A stretch of 64,000 nucleotides of DNA from Phyllosticta citribraziliensis (Eukaryota). The stretch is taken from NCBI RefSeq assembly GCF_038025025.1, contig NW_027117342.1, positions 186,001 to 250,000 on the forward strand. The letters are read 5' to 3'. The notes beneath the pieces are model-generated. The model was given only the letters and a program-made list of their open reading frames with translations, searched no databases and had not been told where the DNA came from. A program made the position numbers and the translations under genes. Shown piece by piece: positions 25,258-37,043 of the stretch. How positions within the stretch are numbered: position 1 is the stretch's first letter; every line of letters starts with the position of its first letter.

Positions 25258-25998
25258 TCACACCCCCTGCCGAGCCTGGACACCTTGATACCTCTCAAAT
25301 CGACACCATCTTTCGGCCACTGCTCTCGCCGAGACGGTCCGCCCAGCCCAGCCTCTGCTTCCGACGCCGAAGCTCTTGGTCGTGACGTTCAGGATGGAGA
25401 GCTGCTCGGACCAAGGGTCTCGAGGCTCGGAAGACTCGTGTTCACCACTTGCTTCTGCGTCTTGCGGCAGTCTCTCTGCAGATTCGTGACGACACTGTTC
25501 CATCGTCGTGTCTGGTGGAGCCGGACATTCCGAAATCACGAGCTTCTGTCCACATCTGGCAGCCGCCTCGACTGCTATCGCAAGTGTTCGACTGATCCCT
25601 TGTGCTGAAAATGAGGTCGTTTCTCTGTGCAGAGCTAGCATATTCAGAATGCATAGCATCGGTTCCCTTGTACCACCAGATACCTCGCAGGCGTGGTTTG
25701 CCCTGTACACGGCGAGGTGGGCACGCAGAGCTTCTAGACTTGGACAAAACGCCAGACGAACGGTCAGAGTAGACTTGAGGAGATGCAGCGTTGGGGTGAC
25801 TAGCGGGTGCTTCCTGGCATGTCCATCTTGGTCGACCTGAAGCGATGATGCGCCAAGGGCACGCACAAGTTGATGCTCGAAAAGGTCGCGGGAAGAGCAG
25901 ACAATCAGGGTCGTGGGCGCCGAGTGGGTGGCGGTCAAGTGCTGGAGCAGGTCTGTCATGCTCAGGCCGTGGAGAACGATTGGGCAGCTGGAATGCAT
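25258..25998 (-). CDS. Conserved-looking fungal hypothetical protein (246 aa)
   Basis: Single-exon ATG ORF with alpha/beta pattern (TTLIVCSSR, VRLAFCPSLEALRAHL, SAQGISRTLAIAVEAA, WAGRTV..RW). Confidence 0.7.
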   Translation of the reverse strand: MHSSCPIVLHGLSMTDLLQHLTATHSAPTTLIVCSSRDLFEHQLVRALGASSLQVDQDGHARKHPLVTPTLHLLKSTLTVRLAFCPSLEALRAHLAVYRANHACEVSGGTREPMLCILNMLALHRETTSFSAQGISRTLAIAVEAAARCGQKLVISECPAPPDTTMEQCRHESAERLPQDAEASGEHESSEPRDPWSEQLSILNVTTKSFGVGSRGWAGRTVSARAVAERWCRFERYQGVQARQGV

Positions 25999-26355
25999 GC
26001 TCTGATTTGTGGATGGTGCAGGTGGTGGGCGCGTGAGTAGTTCAAGGCCACCGAGAGGGTTTGAGTTTCCAAAGCGACATGGAGGTGGCTTGGGCTACCG
26101 TTTTGTAGTTGTTGCCGTCAGCGGAGAGTCGAGGACCGTCGTTCATCAGCTCTGGAATGCTCCTTGGGGTGGCCCGACATGCTCTCGATTCTCGGATTGA
26201 GCGAGGAAGATGTTGTAGCGATTGGCGGGGCTCCGCGAAAGACGCCGCTTGCCCGTGCACCCGCCCACTCACCTGCACCACATGCACCGCCAACACCATC
26301 ATCGTCACCTCCGCCTCACTCTCGCCCTCGCAACGGCAGGGCCCCAGCCAGCAAC

Positions 26356-28972
26356 ATGGAGTCCATTTCCAGGATATCGGCCATGCTCGAAACGGGTGCG
26401 CCCTCTCCATCCTCGTGCCGCATGTCTGCCACGGGCCTCTTCTTATTTGTCCCACAGCTCGAGACCTGACCCTCGAAGCCGCACGCGACGCCAGCGCTGC
26501 TCGCAAGACCTCGTCCCGTCCCATACCCGCCCAGCAGCTGAAGCGTCTGCTGGATTCTCGCCATGAGCGCGAGGTGCTGGAAGGCCTCCGCCGCATCATT
26601 GCCGTACGACACCTCACCGACCCGTCTACACAGAGCTGATACATGTCCAACGCTAGATGGCATACCGCAACCAACCCACGCTCCCATTCTTCAGCGCCGT
26701 CATCAAAAACATTGCATCGCCGTCCCTCGAAATCAAGAAGCTCGTCTACATTTACCTCTTGCTCCATGCCGAATCCGAGCCCGACACCGCCCTTCTCTCA
26801 ATCAACACCATCCAAAAATCCCTGGCAGACTCGAATCCCCAGGTGCGGGCACTGGCCATGCGCGTCATGTCTGGCATTCGCGTGCCCGTCATCAGCCAAA
26901 TTGTTTCTCTGGGCATCAAGCGCGGAACCGGAGACATGAGCCCGTATGTGCGCAAAGCCGCAGCTTTGGCCATACCAAAGTGCTACAGTCTAGACCCAAA
27001 CACAATGCCGCAGCTGGTGGACTATCTCTCTATACTCTTGGGGGACAAGCAATACTACGTTGCTGGCGCAGCCGTGGCTGCCTTTTTGGAAATTTGCCCC
27101 GAGAGGATAGATCTCATTCACCCTCACTACCGGAGTCTAATACGAAAGCTGGTGGACATGGACGAGTGGGGTCAATTGGCTACGCTACGGCTCATGACTA
27201 CCTACGCCCGCAAATGCTTCCCTCGGCGAACACGCCGTGTCAAGAGACCCGGTGTCACCAAAAACGGCACTGCCAAACCAACCAAGGGCTTCTACGACGA
27301 ATCGAGCGAAGAGTCGGGAGACGAAGACACGGCCGACCCCTCGTCCTTTGAAGAAGTCGTCGTGCTCGACCCAGACCTCGAGTACCTGTTGAAATCGCTG
27401 ACTCCGCTGCTCCAATCGCGGAATTCCGCCGTTGTCGTCGCCGTAGCTCGCTGCTATCTTCACCTAGGCACCCCCGCTTACCTCGACCTCGCCATTGGCC
27501 CTCTGATTTCCCTTCTCCGCTCCTCTCCCGATGTCGAGCTGATAGCACTACACAATGTCGTGCGCGTGTGCATGGCGCGCCCCGAGGCCTTTGTAAGATA
27601 TAGCTCGCACTTCCTCCTCCGTAGCACCGACTCGCCGCAAATCTGGCGCCTGAAGCTCGAGATCCTCACCTTGATATTTCCACACAGCCCTCACCACCTG
27701 CAAAGCCTCATCTTGGCTGAGCTGGCGCACTTCACCGGCGGCCACGACGCAGGTCTGGTCCGCGAGGCCGTCCGCGCCATCGGCCGCTGCGCGCAGCGGA
27801 GTTCAGACCAGCGCGTCGCGGCACGCTGCATGCGGCTGCTGCTCTCGCAAATCTCGAGCCCCGATGCGCGACTGGTGGCGGAGGCGCTCGAAGTGGTGCG
27901 GCACCTGATCCAGCGGGACCCCGAGTCGCACCGGGGCACGGTGGTGCGGCTGGCCAAAAACCTGGACACAGCAACGAGCCCGGCGGCGCGCGCCAGCATC
28001 ATCTGGCTGGTGGGCGAATTTGCGTCGGTCGACCCGAGCAACAACATTGCGGCCGACGTGCTGCGCATCCTGGCCAAGGGCTACGCGGGCGAGGCCGAGG
28101 AGAGCAAGCTGCAGATCCTGCTGCTGGCCGCAAAGGTGTACCTGCAACATCTGCTGCTCGACCCGCCGCCCAAACCAGAGGCCTCGCCAGACAAGGACGC
28201 CGCTGCCAGTCCGAGTCTGCTGCTTCCCGGCGACGAGGGCGGCTTTGGCGAGTTCAACGATGCCAGCATTGTGGAGGCTAAAGAGACGCCCGCCGCGGCC
28301 CCGCCCCACCCCATCCCCGTCCTCTACAACTACATCCTCCTCCTCACGCGGTACGACACGTCGTACGACCTGCGCGACCGGGCGCGCGTGTACCGGGCGC
28401 TGCTTGCGGTCCCGTCGGCCACGGACCTGGCATCGCTGCTGCTGCTGGCGCCCAAGCCCGTCCCGCACGCGCCGTCGCCGTCCGAGAGCCGCGCCGCGTA
28501 CACGCTCGGCAACGCCAGCCTGGTGATTGGCGACGAGGGCGGCGTCGTCGGCACGGGGCTGCGCGGCGGCGACGACGTGCTGCCCGAGTGGGTGCGCGCG
28601 GGCGACGAGCCCGACCCCACGCTGCGGGACGAGGCGGGCGTTGCGCGCGAGTACGCGTACGTTGCGACCAAGGAGCGCGTCGTCCCGGCGGGCGAGCAGC
28701 TGGACCGCGCCGCGAAGGAGAGCGGGTTTGGCGTCGGTGGAATCGGTGCGGGCGGTGGTGTGGACCAGCTCAATGGCGCCAAGGAAAAGACGTTGGACGA
28801 CTGGTTGGCTGAAGACGAAGACGCAGATGGAGATGACGACGAGGAAAGCGAGGAGACTGAGAGTGAGGAGACGGATGAAGACGAAGAGACAGATGAGGAA
28901 GAGGAAGAAGAGGAGGAAACGGAGAGCGAGGATGACGATGCGGGAGAGGGCCAGCGGTTGGTCAGGGGGTGA
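26356..28972 (+). CDS. APL6: AP-3 adaptor complex beta subunit; exons 26356-26395, 26458-26603, 26657-28972
   Basis: MESISRISAMLETARDLT, IKKLVYIYLL, LLSINTIQKSL, MSPYVRKAAALAIPKCY, DMDEWGQ, RYDTSYDLRDRAR, acidic tail. Confidence 0.93.
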
Positions 28973-29678
28973 GGGAGGAAGAGTAAGCGTGTGGACTGTA
29001 CTATACCAAAGCACGGCAAACGAATCGAATCGAATGCTTGATGCAAGTAATAATATGCGCTGCGCCCTGAACCACCTCCTCCGTCCTTACCTACCGTAGT
29101 GTACTCAACCATACTCGACCACAAAACGGACTTCGCTTGGATTGTTGACTTCTTGACTCGTCACATGCAACCAAGGCAATGACCGCCGCGCTGGCAGCCC
29201 GCCCGCCTTGCCGCGGCCGCCGTCTTATGAAGGAGATGTAGAAAAAGAGAGTTGATTTATAGAGACGAGACGTGCGACTGACTGACTGACTGACGAAGAG
29301 CAAGACCGCCAAGTGGCAGAGAGATGAGAGGGGAAGGAGACGTAGTCGATGACGACGAAGATGATAATCGACGATGAAGATTGATTGAGTCGACTGGCTG
29401 ACTGTTTTGACTGTAGACTTGACTTTTGTTGTTGAGACTGTGACGTTTAGGCGATTAGAAGACTGGTGATGCGGACGGACAGATAGATGGATAGATGCAC
29501 AGAAATGGAAATGTCAACGCGCAATATTAGAGCAGTGGACTACGTGCTTTTATCTTGGGTCAAATGGCAAATGTAATACAAGCAAGTAAGCAAGCAAGCA
29601 AGCGAGGTAGACGCATGGATAAAGGTGCTGAATAGATATCGACAAGCAAGCAAAAGACTTATTCACCGAACAACGGAT

Positions 29679-29708
29679 GAGACGAGACGAGACGAGACGA
29701 GATGAGAC
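29679..29708 (+). repeat. (GAGAC)n microsatellite
   Basis: gagacgagacgagacgagacgagatgagac. Confidence 0.75.
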
Positions 29709-30220
29709 AGGATTAGGTAGGTAGGATATGTAGTCTAGAAAGCCCTCTCTTCTCTTCTCTTGTTCTTCTAATCTTTTCTTCTTTTTCTGTTCGGCAGCGG
29801 CAGCGGCAGTGGCAGCGACGGCGGCAGAGCAAGGCAAAGTGAGATTAAGCAAAGCAAATCACAGGGACAGGGCTTCTCTTCTCTTTTCGTGCTGTTTCGC
29901 CTCGGCTGGCTGGCTGACCGGCTGACTCGTTGTCGAACAAAGGGGAAACGGCGGACTGAGTGCGAGAGATAGGGATGAGGAGGACTAGGAGGACTTGACG
30001 GAAGACAAGGGAAATAGAGAGTTCAGACAGAGACGACGACGGACTCGAAGACGTCGCGAGAGAGGGAGAGAGACAGAGAAGGAGGAAAAAGACTTTGTAA
30101 ACAGAGGAAAAAAGGAAAAAAGGCCACCCAGGAAGACCGACAGACAACGCCCACCCCTTTTATTTTGACCCGCGAGCGAAAGCAAAAGATAGGACAACCC
30201 GACGCCAGTTCTTTCATAGG

Positions 30221-30227
<7 letters not shown>

Positions 30228-30259
<32 letters not shown>
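30228..30259 (+). repeat. (GA)n microsatellite
   Basis: Uninterrupted gagaga run of about 30 nt. Confidence 0.9.
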
Positions 30260-30265
<6 letters not shown>

Positions 30266-30855
30266 AAAATGAAGACTTTTGGAGGAGGAAGACGGGCGAG
30301 GCAAATGCGAAACCACACCGAAACAAGCTCGCCCACGCGGAACAGCATGTGAGACATAAAGTCTAGCCGACCACCATTAGCGCATTATCCGCCGCTTGCA
30401 GACGAGAAACGTCGCTGCGGAGCGACGGGACGAGACAGTGGTGGTGGTGGGTGGAGGGCGGCGGCTGAAGGGGCAAACGACACGATATCCAAACAGTTTT
30501 TGACAGCCAAAATACAACGCAAACGCCGTTCGCTAATGCAAGTAGAAAGGGAGTTACAGCTGCTCTTTCCTCGACCGGTTGGCAGACTGTTGTGCTCGTC
30601 GGGATGGCGTTTTGGAACCTGAGCGCCGTGGATGAGCTGTTGTGGGCTCGAGAGGATATTTGCGAACTGACCTGGAAGCCGGCAGAGCCACCAGCACTTT
30701 GGGGTGCGACTGAGCTTGTGCTCTACTTGAGATGGAGACCCACTCAGAGCAGACAAAGTAGACGGGAGTCGCCTACGGTTGCCGGCGGAGGCGACTCCTG
30801 GCCAATTGAATCGATTCGGGCTTCCGTTTTTTCTCGAGCAAGCTCCTCATCATCG

Positions 30856-33034
30856 CTACCGTCGACTTCATTCCAAGTCAGCACAAGAACACAACAGATC
30901 CAATGTCAACCTACCCATAAGCAGCAGCAACGCGCGGCTGCCGTCGCTTGATCCGCGGCGTGTAGTCATCTTCTTGCCGTTGCTTCGGATCAACCGGTTC
31001 AGTCTCATCGTAGCTCCTCTTCCGACCAGCCCCACTCTCTGATCTCTTGAGAGTCGGGTGACTTGGATGGGAGGTATTCGGATTGAAAGGGTCGCTCTCG
31101 TCCATGTGAAAGTCGGAGCCGGCTGCCGTACGTTGACTCGAGTCGGACGGCGCTGGACTGCGGCGTCCACCAAACCCGTTCGTCGCCGAGGTGCGTCGCG
31201 AGTTCCACGGATCATACGAAGGAGAGCGTTCAGGTTTGGGAGGCGGTGGTGGAGCTGGCGGTGAGAAATTAGGGTTGTGGCGAGGCGGTCCGCTTTGAGG
31301 CAAGCTCCCTTGACTGTGTGGCGGACTGCTCTGGCTTGGACGGCTATGAGGGGCGTCATGTCCGTTGCGGAAAGACGGTGGTCCGGGCGGCGGTGGAGGC
31401 GGTGGTTGCTTGGAATCGCTAAAATGCCTCTGCGAATCCCGGCGCCCTCCAGACTTGCGTCTGTCGGATTTTTGATCGTTTGAGAAAGAGGGCGGCAGGA
31501 AATGATTCTCGGGAAGAGGAGCGTTGGAGATTGGTTTGGGAGAGCCGGTCACGCCGAGAGCCGCAAGAAGTTGCTCTTGAGCGTCATCTCTTGTAGGAGC
31601 TGGCGAGGGTGATCGAGAGGGACTTTTCTTGGGCGTTTTCGGTGCACCATCTTGCTCAGTAGAGAGCGCCCGCTCCAGATTGTCCATAACATTCCAGTCG
31701 GGTTCCTTCTTTATCTCAACGTAATCATCTGGTAGCTCCTCGACTTTGGGCCCTTGAATCTCATCCTCGGTAAGGTCCGGACGGTCACGATTTGCAATGA
31801 CGTTTTCCACGGCAATCAAGTCCGACTTGGCAGTGAACTCGTAGAATATCGAGTCATGCTTGGCAGTGTCCCACTCTTCGGTCTGTCGGATGCTTAGGAA
31901 AGCCTCGTGAGCGTTTTCGGGGCCAAAATAAATCGAGACCGATTCGGCGTTGCCAATGGCCTGAGCTTCGTCAAGGCCCGTCCAGGTCAGAGCATCGTCG
32001 AATTTCGAGGGCAAAGCACGCGATATCTTGTCTGCAGGATGCCACACTATGACACCCAGGCTATAGTCCTGGTTGACCGGTTCATTGCTTTTAGGCCAGA
32101 GGGCGCCGTCGTAATCCGCTTGGTCCCAATCGTCCACGCCCAAATTTATCGTGTACGTAGCACTCTGGTAAAGTCTTTGGCTTTCTGGAAGGTCTGCGGG
32201 GTCTATGCTCGCGTTCCTGGTCAGGGTACTTCTACGCGACTTTGGTGGCCGAGAGGCTTGGGGCAATGGCCTGTCCCCTGTGGAATTGGCATTGGCAAGC
32301 GGTGCGGAGTTTGGGTCCGGCGGCGGAGGCGGAAAAGAACCTGGTTGGTTTCCTGAAAAAGGCGGAGCTTGCGTCCATCCGTTGGGCGGGTAAGCTGGTT
32401 GAGCGGCGGCAGGGTCCGTTGGGGGATGGTGGCCCTGCGGATATCCGTAGGTGGGTGTTGGTGGTTGATAGGCCTGGTTAGCGTGCCATCCATGCGGGTA
32501 GCTCTGTGGAGGTTGGTAGCCGGGAGACGTCTGGTATCCTTGATAGCCATGCTGGTAGGGCGCAGGCTGATAGCCTTGATGTGGCGGATAGTTTTGCGCA
32601 GGTGGTGGATATGCCTGCGGCGGATACTGACCTTGGGCATAAAGAGGATTGCCTTGGGGATTTTGCGGTGGGCGTTGATAGTTTGGCACAGGATATCGGG
32701 TGACGACAGAGTTGCTTTTTCGCCTGGAAGAGTGCGAATGTGGACTTTGGAAAGGAGATCAGCTGACGAAAGGAAATTGGAGTTGAGAGAACACAACTCG
32801 ATGGACGAGAGAGACGGGCTGAGACGAGGTGGAATGTAATGAAAATCGACCAGGCCAGAAGAAAACCACTTACTTTTGATGGGCCTGGGGAGCTGGCGGA
32901 GGAGCCGGATAAGCCTGTTGTGGATAGGGCTGGGCAAACGGTTGCTGGCCATAGGGTGGTTGTTGCGAGTAGGGCGGTTGTCCGTAGGCTGGCGGCTGGT
33001 ACGAGGCACCAGCCGACGGGCCGCTCCAGGACAT
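30856..33034 (-). CDS. Fungal hypothetical protein with P/Q/Y-rich N-terminus; exons 33034-32874, 32744-30915, 30865-30856
   Basis: Spliced ORF MSWSGPSAGASYQPP...RRKSNSVVTRYP...SLGVIVWHPA...ESVSIYF...QEQLLAALGVTGSPK...PRVAAAYGRR*. Confidence 0.75.
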
Positions 33035-33819
33035 GTTGCGGCGATGACAGTCTGAAGACTGTGAGTTGAGCAAAGGAAAAGGAAAAGACTGATGGACTGA
33101 AAAGATACCGAGGCGGGAAAGTGGTGGCCGACGGCAGATGGGAGACGAGCAGAGGGGGATGGAAGATGAATGGCAGCCCAGCGGTGACGAATTTGACCAA
33201 GGCGCGCGGTGCTACGGCATCACGCAGGCGAGGGGCTCTCTCGTGGACGAGTAACGGCGAGCGCAAAAAGGCAAATGGGGCCAATGGCGTGTCGGCGGCG
33301 GGAAAAGACGAGAAATTGAGAGAGGAAAAAAAGGTTTTGAGGATGCGTGAGTGAGTGAGGGAAAAAAGCAGCTCAAGACGGAAGGACGTGTAGCAGCAGG
33401 GGTCGCTCCACGAGATCCACAGCCGAATGGTGACGGGCGACGGGAGACATATAGGTACCTGATGGATGGAGCGGCGGCCTCGAGCAAAGGCTCAGCAACA
33501 GACGTCGACAATGGGCGACGAAGGCGACGTTGAGAATGAATGGGTCGAGTGAGGTCCCCAAGGTCAAGGTATCCGCCGCGATTCCATTTGATTGGCGGCA
33601 CGTGATGGCAGATTTCCCGGCGACAGCGGAGCGGCCGGCGAGTGGAGCTTCACTTGAACTTGAATCAGCTACCTTACAACAACCATCACACCTTCTCTCT
33701 GTCGTCTTTGTCCTCCTTGTCGCCACCCCGCCATGATGATGAAGATACTGTCCCGCGAAGCCTCATAGTCTCCCTTTACTCGAGCCCGCGCCCCCGGCTC
33801 GCCGCCCCGCACCACCGCC

Positions 33820-34956
33820 ATGCCAGGCCTTCCGGGTACGTGGTTCTGTTCTGTCCTCAACCAAACCAAGCTACGTCGAGCCCTGGCAGACTGACAATGC
33901 CCCGCCATGAGCAGCCACGGTTGACCTCGACGAGTGCATCGCGAGGCTCTACAAAAAGGAGCTGCTCGCCGACTCGGTCATCGAGGCCATCTGCGCCAAA
34001 GCCAAAGAGCTGCTGATGAAGGAGAGCAATGTCGTCCACATTGACGCCCCCGTCACCGTCGTCGGCGACATCCACGGCCAATTCTTCGACATGATTGAGA
34101 TATTCAGGATAGGAGGCTTCTGCCCCGACACAAACTACCTGTTTCTTGGTACGTCGCGTGCGTGTCGGCGTCTGTCTGTCGTGTCTTGTCTACGGACAGC
34201 AGACGTGGTTGAAGAAGGACCTACACACTGACAAGCCCGCCCTCCTCCACAGGCGACTACGTCGACCGCGGTCTCTTCAGCGTCGAGACCATCTCGCTCC
34301 TCGTGTGCCTCAAGCTGCGCTACCCACACCGCGTGCACTTGATCCGCGGCAACCACGAGTCGCGCGGCGTGACGCAGTCGTACGGCTTCTACACCGAGTG
34401 CTCGCGCAAGTACGGCGACGCCAACGTGTGGCACTACTTCACCGACATGTTCGACTTCCTGACGCTGTCGGTCGTCATCAACAACCAAATCTTCTGCGTG
34501 CACGGCGGCCTCAGCCCCTCGATCCACTCGATCGACCAGATCAAAATCATCGACCGCTTCCGCGAGATCCCCCACGAGGGCCCCATGGCCGACCTCGTCT
34601 GGAGCGACCCGGACTCGGAGCGCGACGAGTTCAGCCTCAGCCCCCGCGGCGCCGGCTACACCTTTGGCGCCCAGGTCGTCAAGAAGTTCCTCGAGGTCAA
34701 CGCCATGTCGCACATCCTGCGCGCCCACCAGCTGTGCCAGGAGGGCTACCAGGTCCTGTACGACGACCGCCTCAGCACCGTCTGGAGCGCCCCCAACTAC
34801 TGCTACCGCTGCGGCAACATGGCCAGCGTCCTCGAGGTCAGCGACACGGGCGAGCGCTTCTTCAACGTCTTCGACGCCGCCCCCGAAAACGACTTGCACC
34901 GCGCCGAGCAGCAGCAGCAGCAGGGCAAAGAAGTCCAGACCGAGTATTTCCTCTAG
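33820..34956 (+). CDS. PPG1: PP2A-family Ser/Thr phosphatase catalytic subunit, Ppg1 type; exons 33820-33835, 33915-34148, 34253-34956
   Basis: [30 protein letters not shown]-terminal EYFL. The N-terminus [23 protein letters not shown] is typical of Ppg1. Confidence 0.9.
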
Positions 34957-35454
34957 TAGTTGTGTGGATCGCGTGGCTGATACTACCCGTCGGAGCCCTG
35001 TAGCGTTTGTTCTTTTACTGGCGTTTGGGATGGGCATGATTGCATGAGATATCACGGGCATTGGTGGCGCAGGCGAGACCAGGCTTGCTTGCTCTGGATC
35101 ATGAGGCCATATAGACCCTCGAGGCTTGTCCATAGGATAGCAGGAATGTACGAAAGCTCTATTGCATCGTTTGCGGACAACACGAACAATTCGACGGACC
35201 AAATGTGACATCCTTTTACAATCGAGCTTGGACTCCTCCCACATTTTCACATCATTAAGAACAAAGCGGTTCAAGAGTGGCTAGAATGCCAGAGGGTATC
35301 TTCGATTACTTCTGTCGCCAGCGGAGCCCATGCCCCCTGGATGAGTGATGATATGAGTGTTGCCAGCTTCGCCTCGTATCGTAACCTCAATGAGCTGTGC
35401 CTGCGCCTATTGTTCCCAAACGCCAACGCTACCGTAGATATAAAAAATTCAAAG

Positions 35455-36651
35455 TCAATCCTGCATGGCGTCTGTTTCGCCGTTGCCGTTCATAATGTCA
35501 TCATCGTCGTGCCCTTCTTTGTCCGAGTCGAGGCCCAGAGTCAAGGTGGGTGGGATCTCCTTCCGCGCTTCGCGAGCCTTTTGCTCGGCCCAAGCGCGCA
35601 GCCGCACAAGTTGCTTGATCTTGGCCTCGCGACAAGCACCCTGGCTGGCGAGGATGGACTCATTAACCCTCGCAGCCACGGTTTGCCTAAGCGAGGGGTC
35701 GAGCAACGCAGACAGCGGTGGAGTAAGATTCTCAGGTGGAAATATGAGAAGGGCCATGGTATGTTCCAGGTCTTGCAGGAACTCCTGATTGGTAGGAGCG
35801 CGCGGTGCAAGCTCCGAAGTTGCAAAGTTCAGAGCTGGAGTGATGTCCGCGCCGGTCGACATGCATTTGCGGATGAGCTCGATGAGCTGCATACGAAGCA
35901 AAGCAAAGTGGAGTGCCGGGTCATGATCAAGAATCTGTTCCGACGTTAGCTTGATGCTCCAAGCAACGGCTGGGAATGAAATCAAATGATTGATGTGTGC
36001 TCATACTGAGGACTGAAGTGTGTGGAGTTTATTCATCAACACCCGAAGGTGATTATGAGTGGTGCATGATAACTCGAATAATCATAGCAATAAGGAATGG
36101 GAGGAGCTGGAAGGGAGTTACTGACCTGAGGGTTGAGATCATTGATCTTGTGGATCGCAGTTTCAATGTCCCCAGCATGGATGGCATTCCGAATGTCAAC
36201 CCGTTCTTGGATCGCCTGCGGCTCAGCAGCCGGCGGGATGTTGGCCTCGACAGCAAAGCGCTTCGCAGCCATCGGGTATCCTTCACTAACAAGGTAGTCC
36301 ATGATGACGTTGTTAATGTCCCTGTTCATCGACTGTCAGCGTCGCGTTTCGAAGAGGACAGCGAAAGTGTGTGGGTTCCGCCAGAGTCAGATACAAGTAA
36401 AATTTGGTCTCCACATAGACTTTCGGAGAGATTCCCAACTTGATATAAACACATCATGCGAAGGGACGGCGGGGGAGGTGCAGGGGGCTGGTATGAGGGG
36501 TAGAACGTACGACTTTGCGGGCTTGATCTCGTCGATGCGACGCTCAAACGGGTGCCGACTGGGCGTGGCAGCCGATATGACGGTTGAAGAGCTCTGCGAC
36601 ACTGTTAGAGTTTTGGCGGCGGCGGCGTGCTGCAGGCAAGAAACGTACCAT
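35455..36651 (-). CDS. GID8: GID/CTLH E3 ligase subunit (LisH-CTLH-CRA); exons 36651-36649, 36593-36511, 36321-36126, 35934-35455
   Basis: LisH DINNVIMDYLVSEGY, CTLH IRNAIHAGDIETAI..INDLNPQILD, CRA LHFALLRMQLIELIR, LEHTMALL. Confidence 0.88.
35996..36090 (-). ncRNA. Intronic box C/D snoRNA with two guides (snR40/SNORD32-like 18S guide plus a 25S guide)
   Basis: Minus strand: C AUGAUUA, guide CAUGCACCAC, degenerate D' CAUA, hairpin CACC-UUCG-GGUG, C' UUGAUGA, guide CACUUCAGUCCUCAG, D AUGA, terminal stem UGCU/AGCA; lies inside the 191-nt GID8 intron 3. Confidence 0.72.
36383..36461 (-). ncRNA. Intronic box C/D snoRNA, SNORD79 (U79)-like
   Basis: Minus strand: C AUGAUGU, guide UGGGAAUCUC (complement of LSU GAGAUUCCCA), D' CCGA, C' UGGAGA, D CUGA; lies inside the 189-nt GID8 intron 2. 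Confidence 0.8.
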
Positions 36652-36907
36652 GGTGAGGAGGAGGAGGCTAGTCGCAGCGTTTCTCTCTCTCTATCTCACA
36701 CCGACCAGCGTCATGTCTGCCGTGCCTCGGGAGCACAGGACCGAGACAGAGAGGCAGAAAGATGCGAAATGGCACTGTGCGAGGAGTTGGATGGAGGTGA
36801 TGAAGAAGCGAGAGTGGGAGGAAGGAGGAATGGAATGGATGGAAGCTGAGGTCGAGAAAAGCTCGACGGAAGACGCTCGGACGATCTGGCCGTCCCGAAC
36901 CGAGCCA

Positions 36908-36915
36908 TCACGTGA
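36908..36915. promoter_or_regulatory. Palindromic E-box TCACGTGA in the divergent GID8/URK1 promoter
   Basis: catcacgtgacg read directly; matches the Cbf1-type bHLH consensus. Confidence 0.4.
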
Positions 36916-37043
36916 CGGGCATGAGAGCACCTACCACATCCGACGACCACAATTCCAGGGTCGCGATAACAATTTAGTCATTGGTCGCCTCTGCTCCGCA
37001 GATGGTAAAGACGGCCCTAGCATGCTCGCTAGCCTCCACAACC

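Noticed and set aside
25070..25260. Three loose GTTCC..GGGAC repeats or hairpins
   Set aside because: Short and imperfect, with no snRNA or snoRNA consensus
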